Shown here one piece after another: positions 16,055-24,778 of a stretch of 44,686 nucleotides of DNA (position 1 is the first letter of the stretch; each line of letters begins with the position of its first letter). The position numbers and the translations under genes are program-made. The notes below the pieces were generated by a model. That model saw only the letters and a program-made list of their open reading frames with translations, was not told the DNA's origin and did no database searches. The DNA comes from a virus (lineage: Duplodnaviria > Caudoviricetes). The DNA is taken from positions 1-44,686 of IMG/VR virus record IMGVR_UViG_3300020045_002994, one strand, 5' to 3'.

Positions 16055-18390
16055 ATGCACTCTTCTTAGGTAATCCAGAAGATAAAGAATATCTTCCTGC
16101 CATGAAGCCATTCTTTGGTGGCACGCAATGTTTCGTTCTCCTTCAGGATATTCAAACTCTCACCCAAGTGGAGATGTATTGTGCGAGAAACTCAATTACA
16201 AAAATCGTTAGCACGAACACACTTCTTCTATCAAAACTGCTTTCGCTCCAAGGTAAGGAAGACAAAAGTCCTTCACTTGGAAACTATGCTGGCAGTTTAT
16301 TCTCCTACAAGAACTTGGAAGTGGTGTTTATTGATCCACTATCATTCTTGTACAGCATCCCCTATCAGAAGTTTATTACTTCCCGTTTCATCAGTAAGGT
16401 TCTGTCACCTTCCAAATGGAGTGAGGCAACTCCCTTTAGTTGGACTCTCCTAGAGGCTAAGAACTATGAATCCTATTACACCATATTCAGTAGTGCAGTT
16501 GCTATTGCAATTGACATTGAAACTTTTAGACACAATCTCGCCATCCGTTGTATTTCTTATACTGCTGTTCTTGTTAATCCTAGTACTGGAAATATTTCTA
16601 CCACCACTGTAGTCCTCCCACTAACTGATACCTTTGCTGTAGGTATCATGAGGAAATTCAATGAACTCTCCATTCCAAAGATTTTTCAGAACGGTAAGTA
16701 CGACAACGCCTATCTCCTTCGCTACAACGCACCTTGTAAGCGATGGCTCTTCGACACTGCGCATTTCTTTCATGCATGGTATTCCGAATTACCAAAGGAT
16801 CTTGCTTTCCTTAATGCCTTCTTTCTACGAAAAGTGGTATATTGGAAGGATATGGCGGAAACAAATGATCTTTTTGAGTACTATAAATACAATGGAATGG
16901 ATGGGTGGGCAACCGCTAATGTCTTCATCATCTGGTTACTTCAATCCCCCGAATGGGCAAAAAGAAACTATGTATTAGAATTTCCACTAGTGTTTCCATG
17001 TTTGCTTTCAGAATTAACTGGACTTACTAGAGATATTCCAGCACTCATGGAAGCACGGAGTAAGATTGATGTAGAGCGCCAGGCCGTCCAAGGTTCCCTA
17101 AATAAAATTCTTGGCCAGGATTTTAACGTAAATAGTGCACCACAAGTAAAGACTCTTCGTGAAACTCTTGGATCAAAAGATATCAAAGAAGGTGATGAAA
17201 AGGCGCTTAAGAGAATGGCCTTACGTCATCCACTCAACAGTGTTATTGTCAATAAGATCCTTAAGATCAGAGAACTTCGCAAAGAGAAGAGCACTTACCT
17301 TAGAACTGATGAAGATATAAAAAGGAATAAAGATGGAACACCGGCGGCCAATTCAAATGGATCAAAGGACTACAGAGGTTTCATACTGTATAGTCTTAAT
17401 CCACACCATACAGATACCGGAAGATTGGCATCTGGAGAGAGTTCATTTTGGTGTGGGGCAAACATACAAAACATCCCGGTTGGCGGCAATGTCAAGTCAA
17501 CAATTGTCCCTCCAGCCGGATTTAGAATCGTTGAGTGTGATCTTGAAAAAGCAGAGTCTTGGGATACAGCGTATATTGTTGGAAGCAAATCGTATATTGC
17601 AGCGGTCTCAAGCTATAAAGATTTCCACTCAACTAATGCAAGCGCTTTCTTTGGTATTGCCTATGATGTCATCTATGATGATTCCATTAGAAAAACTAAG
17701 GACAAGAAACTGCGAGACTTGGCTAAACGAGTTAACCATGGAGCAAATTACAACATGGGAGCTGGGGTCTTAGTTGATACTATGGGTGAAGATAAGATTT
17801 GGGAGGCTAAGTTCCTCTTGAAACTTCCTAAACTCTGGGGTACTAAGGCTGTAGCAGAACATTTACTTGGGCAGTTTCATAAAACTTATCCTGAAGTTGC
17901 TGGGAAATATTATCCTTCAGTAATGAGGGAGGTTATGACTACACGGAAGTTAACTAGCAGGGCATATCATCATGGATGTCATCCAACATCTTGGGGATCA
18001 GCAGAGGATTGGATTAACAAGGGAGACTGGACAAGGTACTGTTTTTCCGACCCAGATCCAAAACTCAACAAACGAGCACTTAACGCTTACGTTGCACATT
18101 GTCCCCAATCTCTTAATTCCCGTACTCTTAATGAAGCCTACATGAAAGTGTTCTATGAAATTGCGTTGCCGGAAGCGGAGAATTTTAGGCTCAATGCGCA
18201 AGTTCATGATTCAATACTCTTTTGTATTCGGGAAGGGAGGTTGGATCTCGCAGCGAAGGTTAAACAATTCATGGAAATTCCCGTCACGGTTAGGGGAATT
18301 GACGGAGAATATAGAACATTCACGGTCCCAGCTGGACTCAAGGCTGGTAAAGATAATCTTGGCGCATACAGATGGAGTGAAACAGAATGA
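16051..18390 (+). CDS. polA: family A DNA polymerase with 3'-5' exonuclease and degenerate N-terminal UDG-like domain
   Basis: Exo I IDIET, Exo II QNGKYD, Exo III YNGMD; TDTGRLAS, NIQNIP; motif A ECDLEKAES, motif B RDLAKRVNHGANY, motif C QVHDS. Confidence 0.93.
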   Translation: MNALFLGNPEDKEYLPAMKPFFGGTQCFVLLQDIQTLTQVEMYCARNSITKIVSTNTLLLSKLLSLQGKEDKSPSLGNYAGSLFSYKNLEVVFIDPLSFLYSIPYQKFITSRFISKVLSPSKWSEATPFSWTLLEAKNYESYYTIFSSAVAIAIDIETFRHNLAIRCISYTAVLVNPSTGNISTTTVVLPLTDTFAVGIMRKFNELSIPKIFQNGKYDNAYLLRYNAPCKRWLFDTAHFFHAWYSELPKDLAFLNAFFLRKVVYWKDMAETNDLFEYYKYNGMDGWATANVFIIWLLQSPEWAKRNYVLEFPLVFPCLLSELTGLTRDIPALMEARSKIDVERQAVQGSLNKILGQDFNVNSAPQVKTLRETLGSKDIKEGDEKALKRMALRHPLNSVIVNKILKIRELRKEKSTYLRTDEDIKRNKDGTPAANSNGSKDYRGFILYSLNPHHTDTGRLASGESSFWCGANIQNIPVGGNVKSTIVPPAGFRIVECDLEKAESWDTAYIVGSKSYIAAVSSYKDFHSTNASAFFGIAYDVIYDDSIRKTKDKKLRDLAKRVNHGANYNMGAGVLVDTMGEDKIWEAKFLLKLPKLWGTKAVAEHLLGQFHKTYPEVAGKYYPSVMREVMTTRKLTSRAYHHGCHPTSWGSAEDWINKGDWTRYCFSDPDPKLNKRALNAYVAHCPQSLNSRTLNEAYMKVFYEIALPEAENFRLNAQVHDSILFCIREGRLDLAAKVKQFMEIPVTVRGIDGEYRTFTVPAGLKAGKDNLGAYRWSETE

Positions 18391-18662
18391 CTATTGATGT
18401 GAATAATCTTGGACTTGATGATACCCCAACTGAGACAAAACCTGAAGATTCTATGCCACTATTCGTAGAGATTGCATACAAAGAAGGAGGTACATGGAAC
18501 ACCGTTCAACTTAATCGTGCACAAGTTACAGACATTATTAATGGAAATAATGCTCTCGATGGTATGCCTATCTTTGCAATTTGTATTGCTACCTTTGAAG
18601 GTACAGATTGTGATCTTAGGTATGTTTATTATTTCAGCACTCGCACTTGGGAGATTGTATGA
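18387..18662 (+). CDS. acidic hypothetical protein
   Basis: GGAG RBS; ATGA overlap. Confidence 0.6.
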   Translation: MTIDVNNLGLDDTPTETKPEDSMPLFVEIAYKEGGTWNTVQLNRAQVTDIINGNNALDGMPIFAICIATFEGTDCDLRYVYYFSTRTWEIV

Positions 18663-18925
18663 TTCACACACAGGTTATTAGTGATACTACTGCATTCGGT
18701 AGAACTGTGCAGGAAATCCATCTGCATTTCACTGGGGACAGTGTTCAACGTTTCATTAACTTCCTCAATCGCGGCCTGAATACCAATGCAGATGCCCACT
18801 CTGAATTAAAAGAATTAGCTGATGAAATTATTCATGGTGAAATTCTCCAAGATTACAAAAGTCAAACAACCAATAAGCAAGAAATTTATTCCCGTACTAA
18901 AGTAGAAGATTCAACTCAATTCTAA
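18659..18925 (+). CDS. hypothetical protein
   Basis: GGAG RBS; ATGA overlap. Confidence 0.6.
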   Translation: MIHTQVISDTTAFGRTVQEIHLHFTGDSVQRFINFLNRGLNTNADAHSELKELADEIIHGEILQDYKSQTTNKQEIYSRTKVEDSTQF

Positions 18926-18973
18926 AGCACTGCTCCCCTCACACCCTCAGCAGTATATTAACTTACCCTCCAT

Positions 18974-20212
18974 ATGAAGGACTTTATTAGTGAGTACTTA
19001 GAATATACTCATGCCACTGAATGTCCAGTTATCTTCTCAAGATGGGCAGCTATTAGTGGTATCGCAGCAATACTTGGTAGGCAATATTATTTCCAACATG
19101 GTCATTTTAATGTCTACCCAAATCTATATATTCAATTCATTGGCACATCAGGTTCTAGAAAATCCACAACAATTAAGATCTTAAAGAAGACTCTTCAAGA
19201 ATACGGTTACGAAACATTCGGTCCAGACAAATCCTCCAAAGAAAAGTTCCTTCTAAATCTAGCAGGTGAAACAGAAGCAGGATTCCAGAATGTTGAGTCA
19301 TTCCTATGGGATTCAACAGAAGCAGAATGTAAAGAACAATACATTATGGCTGATGAGTTTAATCAATTCATTGGTGCAGGCAATCTAGAATTCATGTCTC
19401 TTCTCGGTGTGTTGTGGGAAAATCCTAAAGAATACAAGAATGAAATCAAAACTGGAAAATCTGTTTGCATCCCTAATCCTACTATTAATATCCTCAGTGG
19501 TAACACTCCTACTTCTTTCAATCTCTGTTTTCCTCCTGAAGCATTAGGTCAGGGGTTCTTTAGTAGATTGATACTAATACAGGCGAATCCTCGTGGAAAC
19601 TCAATCACCTTCCCAGAATCTCCACCCGCTGCAGAAACTCAAAGACTTACAGAATTTCTTAGATCAATTAAATCAAAAGTTTCTGGCCACGCAACATTCG
19701 GGGCAGAAACTAAACGAGTCTTGGACAGAATCTATAAATCTAGAATTACACTCGATGATGTTAGATTTGATTCATATTCCACTAGAAGGTTCGACCACCT
19801 TATTAAGCTCGGACTTATTACGAGTGCAGCTAGATTGTCTACTAAAGTGGAACCTAGCGATGTCATATATGCGAATACTATCTTGACATACGCCGAACAC
19901 TTTATGTCCAAAGCATTAGGTGAATTTGGTAAAGCCAAAAACAGTGATGTTGCACACACAGTGGTTCAGCTAATTGAATCCTCCCTAACTCAAATGACAT
20001 TCAATGACATATGGGTGCATGTTGCAAATGACTTAGAAAAACCTGATGCCTTAGCTACGCTCCTAAAAAATCTCCTGAGTGCTGGGCGGATTCAGAAAGT
20101 TGATACGGGTGATTTTGCTTTTCTCCCGAAGAGGAAACTCTTGAAACAAAGCAATGACGGATTGGTAGATTTTAGTTTATTAACTGAAGAAGAAAGAGAG
20201 ATTGTACTATGA
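18974..20212 (+). CDS. DUF3987/YfjI-like P-loop NTPase (putative replicative helicase)
   Basis: YPNLY..FIGTSGSRKST Walker A, IMADEF Walker B, GFFSRLI arginine finger, C-terminal wHTH-like region. Confidence 0.8.
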   Translation: MKDFISEYLEYTHATECPVIFSRWAAISGIAAILGRQYYFQHGHFNVYPNLYIQFIGTSGSRKSTTIKILKKTLQEYGYETFGPDKSSKEKFLLNLAGETEAGFQNVESFLWDSTEAECKEQYIMADEFNQFIGAGNLEFMSLLGVLWENPKEYKNEIKTGKSVCIPNPTINILSGNTPTSFNLCFPPEALGQGFFSRLILIQANPRGNSITFPESPPAAETQRLTEFLRSIKSKVSGHATFGAETKRVLDRIYKSRITLDDVRFDSYSTRRFDHLIKLGLITSAARLSTKVEPSDVIYANTILTYAEHFMSKALGEFGKAKNSDVAHTVVQLIESSLTQMTFNDIWVHVANDLEKPDALATLLKNLLSAGRIQKVDTGDFAFLPKRKLLKQSNDGLVDFSLLTEEEREIVL

Positions 20213-20646
20213 AAGAATTCCTGGAAGATATCAATAAATTCCATGATATGTATGGTTTGGTCAAGCCTGGGGTTCCAAACCTCAACGCAGTTGGAGATTA
20301 TCAACATCGAATGGAACAGTTTCAAGTAATTCTGAGCAAAGAAATGCAAGAAGGAGATGATATTCTAAAAACAATGCACACGGTCGGGCACCGCGAAATT
20401 GACGTACTTGTTGAACTAGCTGATTGGTTCGGAGATATCATTGTATACTGTGCATCCGAAGCTAGGCGGTATGGTATTCCAATTGATAAAGTCCTCACGG
20501 TAATCATGCAATCCAATTTCAGTAAACTTGGTGCAGATGGCCTTCCTATTATCAGTGAAGGTAAGGTTCAGAAAGGTCCTAATTATTGGAAGCCAGAACC
20601 TAAGATTAAAGAACTCCTTCTCTTGGAATACCACAAGCCGGAATAA
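20209..20646 (+). CDS. MazG-like / PRA-PH family NTP pyrophosphohydrolase
   Basis: ELADWFGDIIVY...V..SNFSKLGADG.PI....GKVQKGPNYWKPEPKI. Confidence 0.85.
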   Translation: MKEFLEDINKFHDMYGLVKPGVPNLNAVGDYQHRMEQFQVILSKEMQEGDDILKTMHTVGHREIDVLVELADWFGDIIVYCASEARRYGIPIDKVLTVIMQSNFSKLGADGLPIISEGKVQKGPNYWKPEPKIKELLLLEYHKPE

Positions 20647-20649
20647 ATC

Positions 20650-21009
20650 ATGACAGCAAGCAAAGGAATTCATATCCACCTGCGCTTGGAGATCATAAAA
20701 ACACTTCGCTCCAACCCAAACAGTACTAATGAAGAATTAATTATCCTAGGTATTCCAGTAACTAAGCATTGGTTGAATAAGAAATTAAAAGAACTTCATA
20801 AAGAAGGTAAGATCTATATCAGTGACTATAAGAGGACTGCGGTAACTGGAGATCATGCTAGAGCTTATTCATTGCGATTAGCGCAGGAGGAAGATGAACC
20901 TTATCCAGAAAAAACTCTCCCAAAAGATCGAACTGCATATTGGCGTAAACGTGCTGAACAGAAAAGGATTATGAGAAATGAACACACAAATCAATCAACT
21001 AATTCCTGA
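20650..21009 (+). CDS. winged-HTH-like DNA-binding protein
   Basis: IIKTLR...KKLKELHKEGKIYISDY pattern and basic C-terminus. Confidence 0.5.
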   Translation: MTASKGIHIHLRLEIIKTLRSNPNSTNEELIILGIPVTKHWLNKKLKELHKEGKIYISDYKRTAVTGDHARAYSLRLAQEEDEPYPEKTLPKDRTAYWRKRAEQKRIMRNEHTNQSTNS

Positions 21010-21562
21010 ATCACAACCGATTTGGCGGCCAGGTATTGTTAATTACATGGTAGATATTGAAACCTATGCTACAGTTCCGAATGCAGTAATCCTATCTCTT
21101 GGATTCTGCAGGTTCAATTGGAATGGGCCAGGTTTTGGTTTCTACCAGGCATATAATCCGCATACTCAATATGGAAGAATTAAGGATCTTAAGACAGAAG
21201 AATGGTGGGCAAGCCAAGGTGATGCACCAATTCATGGAACTCTGGATCTTAAGTTTGGCTTAGAACAATTCATTGATTTACTAGAGAAGAATAAATTCAA
21301 TAGTGGAGATAGTATTGAAATTTGGGCACAAGGAACTGACTTTGATATTGTGATTCTTGAAGATGCAATGAGGTCGTTTGGCCTGGCCATTCCCTGGAAA
21401 TACAATGCTAAGAGTGATTTGCGTACCCTAATTAAATACAACAAAGATATCTATATTGAAGATATTACCAACACACAAAAACACAACGCAATGAGTGATG
21501 CAATTTATCAAGCAAAAGTTGCTACACGTATTCTCAACATTCTTGCTGATAGGAGAATGTAA
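20978..21562 (+). CDS. DEDDh 3'-5' exonuclease (Rv2179c/DUF5051-like)
   Basis: MVDIET, T..WW..Q, IWAQGTDFD..IL, PWKY...DLRT, HNAMSDA.YQA. Confidence 0.85.
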   Translation: MNTQINQLIPESQPIWRPGIVNYMVDIETYATVPNAVILSLGFCRFNWNGPGFGFYQAYNPHTQYGRIKDLKTEEWWASQGDAPIHGTLDLKFGLEQFIDLLEKNKFNSGDSIEIWAQGTDFDIVILEDAMRSFGLAIPWKYNAKSDLRTLIKYNKDIYIEDITNTQKHNAMSDAIYQAKVATRILNILADRRM

Positions 21563-21819
21563 TGCCAATGGTTATTGAAATGCTTCCTGATGAGTGGTTC
21601 TTTTTACAGAAGGAAATGAATAGGCATCCGGAACTTTTAAAGCGACTAGAACATCATCCTCCAGAAGATATGGAAATCCGGTTAGCTGAAGTTGCAAGTT
21701 ATGTTGGTGTAATTCTTGATGGATTTTACACAGTGGAAGATCTTACAAAATTAGCTAAGATTCTTACTAAGAAGTTAGAAGAGAAGTTTGTGGCTCCCAG
21801 TATCATCACTATTAATTAA
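21562..21819 (+). CDS. hypothetical protein
   Basis: AGGAG RBS; last gene before the terminator. Confidence 0.7.
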   Translation: MPMVIEMLPDEWFFLQKEMNRHPELLKRLEHHPPEDMEIRLAEVASYVGVILDGFYTVEDLTKLAKILTKKLEEKFVAPSIITIN

Positions 21820-21831
21820 TTCTCTCAATAG

Positions 21832-21869
21832 AAAAAGCCCCTTGGACCATAAATCCTTGGGGCTTTTTT
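21832..21869. terminator. bidirectional Rho-independent terminator
   Basis: AAAAAGCCCC-TT-GGA-loop-TCC-TT-GGGGCTTTTTT between the convergent arms. Confidence 0.85.
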
Positions 21870-21892
21870 GTTGCCTAAAATTTACTAAAAAA

Positions 21893-23146
21893 TCAAATAC
21901 CTAATGTATTGTGCCAGTTAAGAGCTAAAGAATCTCTAGTTCCATCTCCACCCCCACCTCCACCGGCAGGAATGAATTGCATACTTCCTGTCCCATTAAA
22001 TATTACACCCCCACTAACTTGTTCATTTTTTGTTTTAGAAATTATAGCTGCACCGCTGAGTAGAATTCCACCACTAACTTGTTCAAGTTTTGTCCTAAGA
22101 TAGGTCGCTGCACCACTCAAAGTAAATCCACCACTCACAGTCATTGTATACGTAGTTCCCCCAGCCGCAGGCACAAACACCATTGGACCAGTTCCGCCAT
22201 ATACAATACCACCACTTACTGTTTCAATCTTAGTTTTGGAATATCCACCTACACCGCTAAAAAGAAGTCCTCCAGATACCTGTTGGATTTTAGTCCGAAG
22301 ATATGTTGCAATACCACTTAAGGAAATTCCTCCACTAACTTGACTCTGTCTAGTTCTTTGATAAGTTGCTGCTCCAGAAAAAACTAATCCACCGCTTACT
22401 GGAATAATATTAGTCTTAGAATATGGAGCCACACCTCCAAAAACTAACCCACCACTTACTGGTATGATATTAGTTCTTTGGTAAGCTGCAATGCCAGATA
22501 GTGTAAATCCTCCACTAGGAGTTATAGTATAGGTAGTTGGTCCACCGCTAGTCGGTGTATCAAAGAAATCTGCAACAAAAATATCTGGTGCATTTTTATT
22601 CTTATCAAACTGGAATGGATTAGCTTTGCCGTATAATTGACTTGGTGCTTTAAATGCTTTACCAACTCTAGCTGGAGGAGTTCCAGCCGTATATGTTGCA
22701 TAGACATTAACAGTAGCTCCGCCAGTACCTGACTGTGTCCAAGTAGCTGCGGGAGTTCCATATGTGCAGCTTTCCATTCGACTAAGACCTGGACCTGCTG
22801 CATCACATTCCCAAACAGCACTAAATGCATCAATTACAGAGCCAATCCAATAATCTACGCCACCAGTAATTGCAACAGATAAGCCACCAGAAGCAATATC
22901 TCCGCCACCAGCAGGAACACTTGCAATATTTCCAATACCAAGTCTTGTGCCAGGAATTCCTCCAGCACCATCAGCTGCATAAATTAATCCTTTAAAATTA
23001 TCTGCGCCAGTAGAGGAAGAATGCCAACGCTGATTGATTTGCGTGACAGTGCCACTGCCAGGTGCAGTAAACTTTGATAGAATTGCTCTATCATTGGTGG
23101 TTGGAAAAGTACTTCCACCGCCTGTCAGTATACCAAACGTCGGCAT
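21893..23146 (-). CDS. virion fibre protein with beta-sandwich N-domain and nine 20-aa tandem repeats
   Basis: G/T/S-rich; repeats of the type VSGG(L/I)xFSGxAxYx(R/K)TK. Confidence 0.65.
   Translation of the reverse strand: MPTFGILTGGGSTFPTTNDRAILSKFTAPGSGTVTQINQRWHSSSTGADNFKGLIYAADGAGGIPGTRLGIGNIASVPAGGGDIASGGLSVAITGGVDYWIGSVIDAFSAVWECDAAGPGLSRMESCTYGTPAATWTQSGTGGATVNVYATYTAGTPPARVGKAFKAPSQLYGKANPFQFDKNKNAPDIFVADFFDTPTSGGPTTYTITPSGGFTLSGIAAYQRTNIIPVSGGLVFGGVAPYSKTNIIPVSGGLVFSGAATYQRTRQSQVSGGISLSGIATYLRTKIQQVSGGLLFSGVGGYSKTKIETVSGGIVYGGTGPMVFVPAAGGTTYTMTVSGGFTLSGAATYLRTKLEQVSGGILLSGAAIISKTKNEQVSGGVIFNGTGSMQFIPAGGGGGGDGTRDSLALNWHNTLGI
21975..22540 (-). repeat. coding tandem repeat, 60-bp period (blocks of 6 and 3 units)
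   Basis: ccact(a/t)act-like cores at about 22009, 22069, 22129 and at 22210, 22270, 22330, 22390, 22450, 22510. Confidence 0.8.
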
Positions 23147-23151
23147 TGTAT

Positions 23152-23946
23152 TTAACCGTTACGAATATCAGCAATGCATTCTGGCAAACCAGTGGCAGTA
23201 CCATCTGGCCAAATTACTAAGACAAGTGCGCTATCTTCAAAAACTTGCGCACGGCCACAATCTAACATACCCTGCACTACCACATCACCAGCTACTCGAA
23301 TGCGTGCTTCTCCTAATCTACGCATAGCTAAAAGATTAAAAGTACCTGCACTTGCAACAGATCCTGCAACACCTGTTATACCTTGCAATCCAGTATCCCC
23401 AGCAGCTAAAGGTAATTGGTGCATTCGTCCAACAATCATAGCAGCAGGACATGCGACAACACCAGTTGAACTAGCTACGTTAGCCTGGTCATTGTAATTA
23501 ACATTAACGTTTTGAACTAATGTGCCAGCAGTAACCTGCTCATACCAAAGTTCAATAGCTGTGAAATCAGTACCACCAGGAACACGGGAAGAGAAACTAG
23601 TTGGAGAATTACCAGAAGTAGCTACGTTAAATGCGTAAGCACCTCCTTTCCACAAGACATCGTAAAGTGCCATACGGCAAGCTACTGTGTTAGAAAATTC
23701 TAACCTACCAATTTCACCTAATGCTCCCCCACCAAATGCATTGATAGTAGGACAACCTGTCGTTGCATCAGTTGGAACAACGCCAGTAGTTGTAGAAGTA
23801 CCAGCAAGTGTACCTGCTCCAGGATTACCAGCTTGTGCAAATACTGACTGTGGATTAAGTGCTACGGAAGTTGCAGAGGCAGATTTATAAATTCTTACCT
23901 TCTGTAGTGCTGATGCAATCCACTGGTCTAGAGTAGTAATTGCCAT
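23152..23946 (-). CDS. putative structural / fibre-associated protein
   Basis: G/A/T-rich beta-type composition; located in the fibre module. Confidence 0.55.
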   Translation of the reverse strand: MAITTLDQWIASALQKVRIYKSASATSVALNPQSVFAQAGNPGAGTLAGTSTTTGVVPTDATTGCPTINAFGGGALGEIGRLEFSNTVACRMALYDVLWKGGAYAFNVATSGNSPTSFSSRVPGGTDFTAIELWYEQVTAGTLVQNVNVNYNDQANVASSTGVVACPAAMIVGRMHQLPLAAGDTGLQGITGVAGSVASAGTFNLLAMRRLGEARIRVAGDVVVQGMLDCGRAQVFEDSALVLVIWPDGTATGLPECIADIRNG

Positions 23947-23961
23947 TTTAGTTCCAGTAAA

Positions 23962-24357
23962 TTAATTAGCAGTAATAGTAGGAGTAACCCGAACTGCATC
24001 ACCAGACACAGCAATTGTAAATGGAGCTGAAGCATCTCGCTCACTCCACATCAGAACTGTGGAAGTAACTTGATTAATGTAATAACCATAAATACTTTGG
24101 CTGCCTGCACCAGAGCAAGTAAAAGTTTGCTGAGCATATGCAATTGATCCAGCAGATGCAGCTCCCCAAGTTGCCCCAGTTAATGTAATACCTGCATAAC
24201 CAGTAAAGCTAGCTTCAGTATATGTAGCTGTAGTATCCGTGTCAGAAGGTGTGATGTTATTTTGGAATAGGCGAAGGGTGAGATTCTCCGGAGCGGTTTT
24301 GTTAACCATATGCTCAAGAGCTTTATTTTCACCTACGTCAGGAACATTTAGTGCCAT
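23962..24357 (-). CDS. small fibre subunit-like structural protein (131 aa)
   Basis: LRLFQNNITP..TDT...YTEA.F.GY..ITL....W...IYGYY...L.W.ER pattern is typical of small phage fibre subunits; AAGGA RBS. Confidence 0.6.
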   Translation of the reverse strand: MALNVPDVGENKALEHMVNKTAPENLTLRLFQNNITPSDTDTTATYTEASFTGYAGITLTGATWGAASAGSIAYAQQTFTCSGAGSQSIYGYYINQVTSTVLMWSERDASAPFTIAVSGDAVRVTPTITAN

Positions 24358-24375
24358 GATCTTTTCCTTTGTGGA

Positions 24376-24726
24376 TTAAAAATAACCTAACACACTGGCT
24401 GCATATTCTGCATCAGGGTGTCGACGGCATTCAGGAATTTCTAAATGTTTAGCAATCTTGATGTGCGCCAATGGACGAATAAGAGAACCAATGGTTTCTC
24501 CATTATGATCCACAAAGTGAACTTCAACATTCTCAGCATCAGGAATATTGGCAATGATACCAATATGACCAGCCACTGTAACCCATTTTCCAGGCTTAAT
24601 GATTACAGGAACACGAACAGTTTGCGGGCCAAGTTCAAAGATTGGTTTTCCAACCGGATCAGCCATGAGTTGTTTGTTACTCACTGCACCGTACTTAGCC
24701 AAGATACTCTTAAGATTAAATTCCAT
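24376..24726 (-). CDS. hypothetical protein
   Basis: Clean ORF on the late strand. Confidence 0.65.
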   Translation of the reverse strand: MEFNLKSILAKYGAVSNKQLMADPVGKPIFELGPQTVRVPVIIKPGKWVTVAGHIGIIANIPDAENVEVHFVDHNGETIGSLIRPLAHIKIAKHLEIPECRRHPDAEYAASVLGYF

Positions 24727-24778
24727 GATCTTTTCTTTCCAGAAAGTTTAGTAAAAAATTAATACCTGAAGCTCTGCT

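Noticed and set aside
14386-20646. 2-aminoadenine or 7-deazaguanine DNA modification system
   Set aside because: No PurZ, DatZ, DpdA or Que/FolE-like genes are visible. MazG-like and DUF6378-like genes alone are not enough.
21975-22540. Repeats as a diversity-generating retroelement TR/VR pair
   Set aside because: There is no reverse transcriptase and the differences are not adenine-specific; these are in-frame coding tandem repeats.
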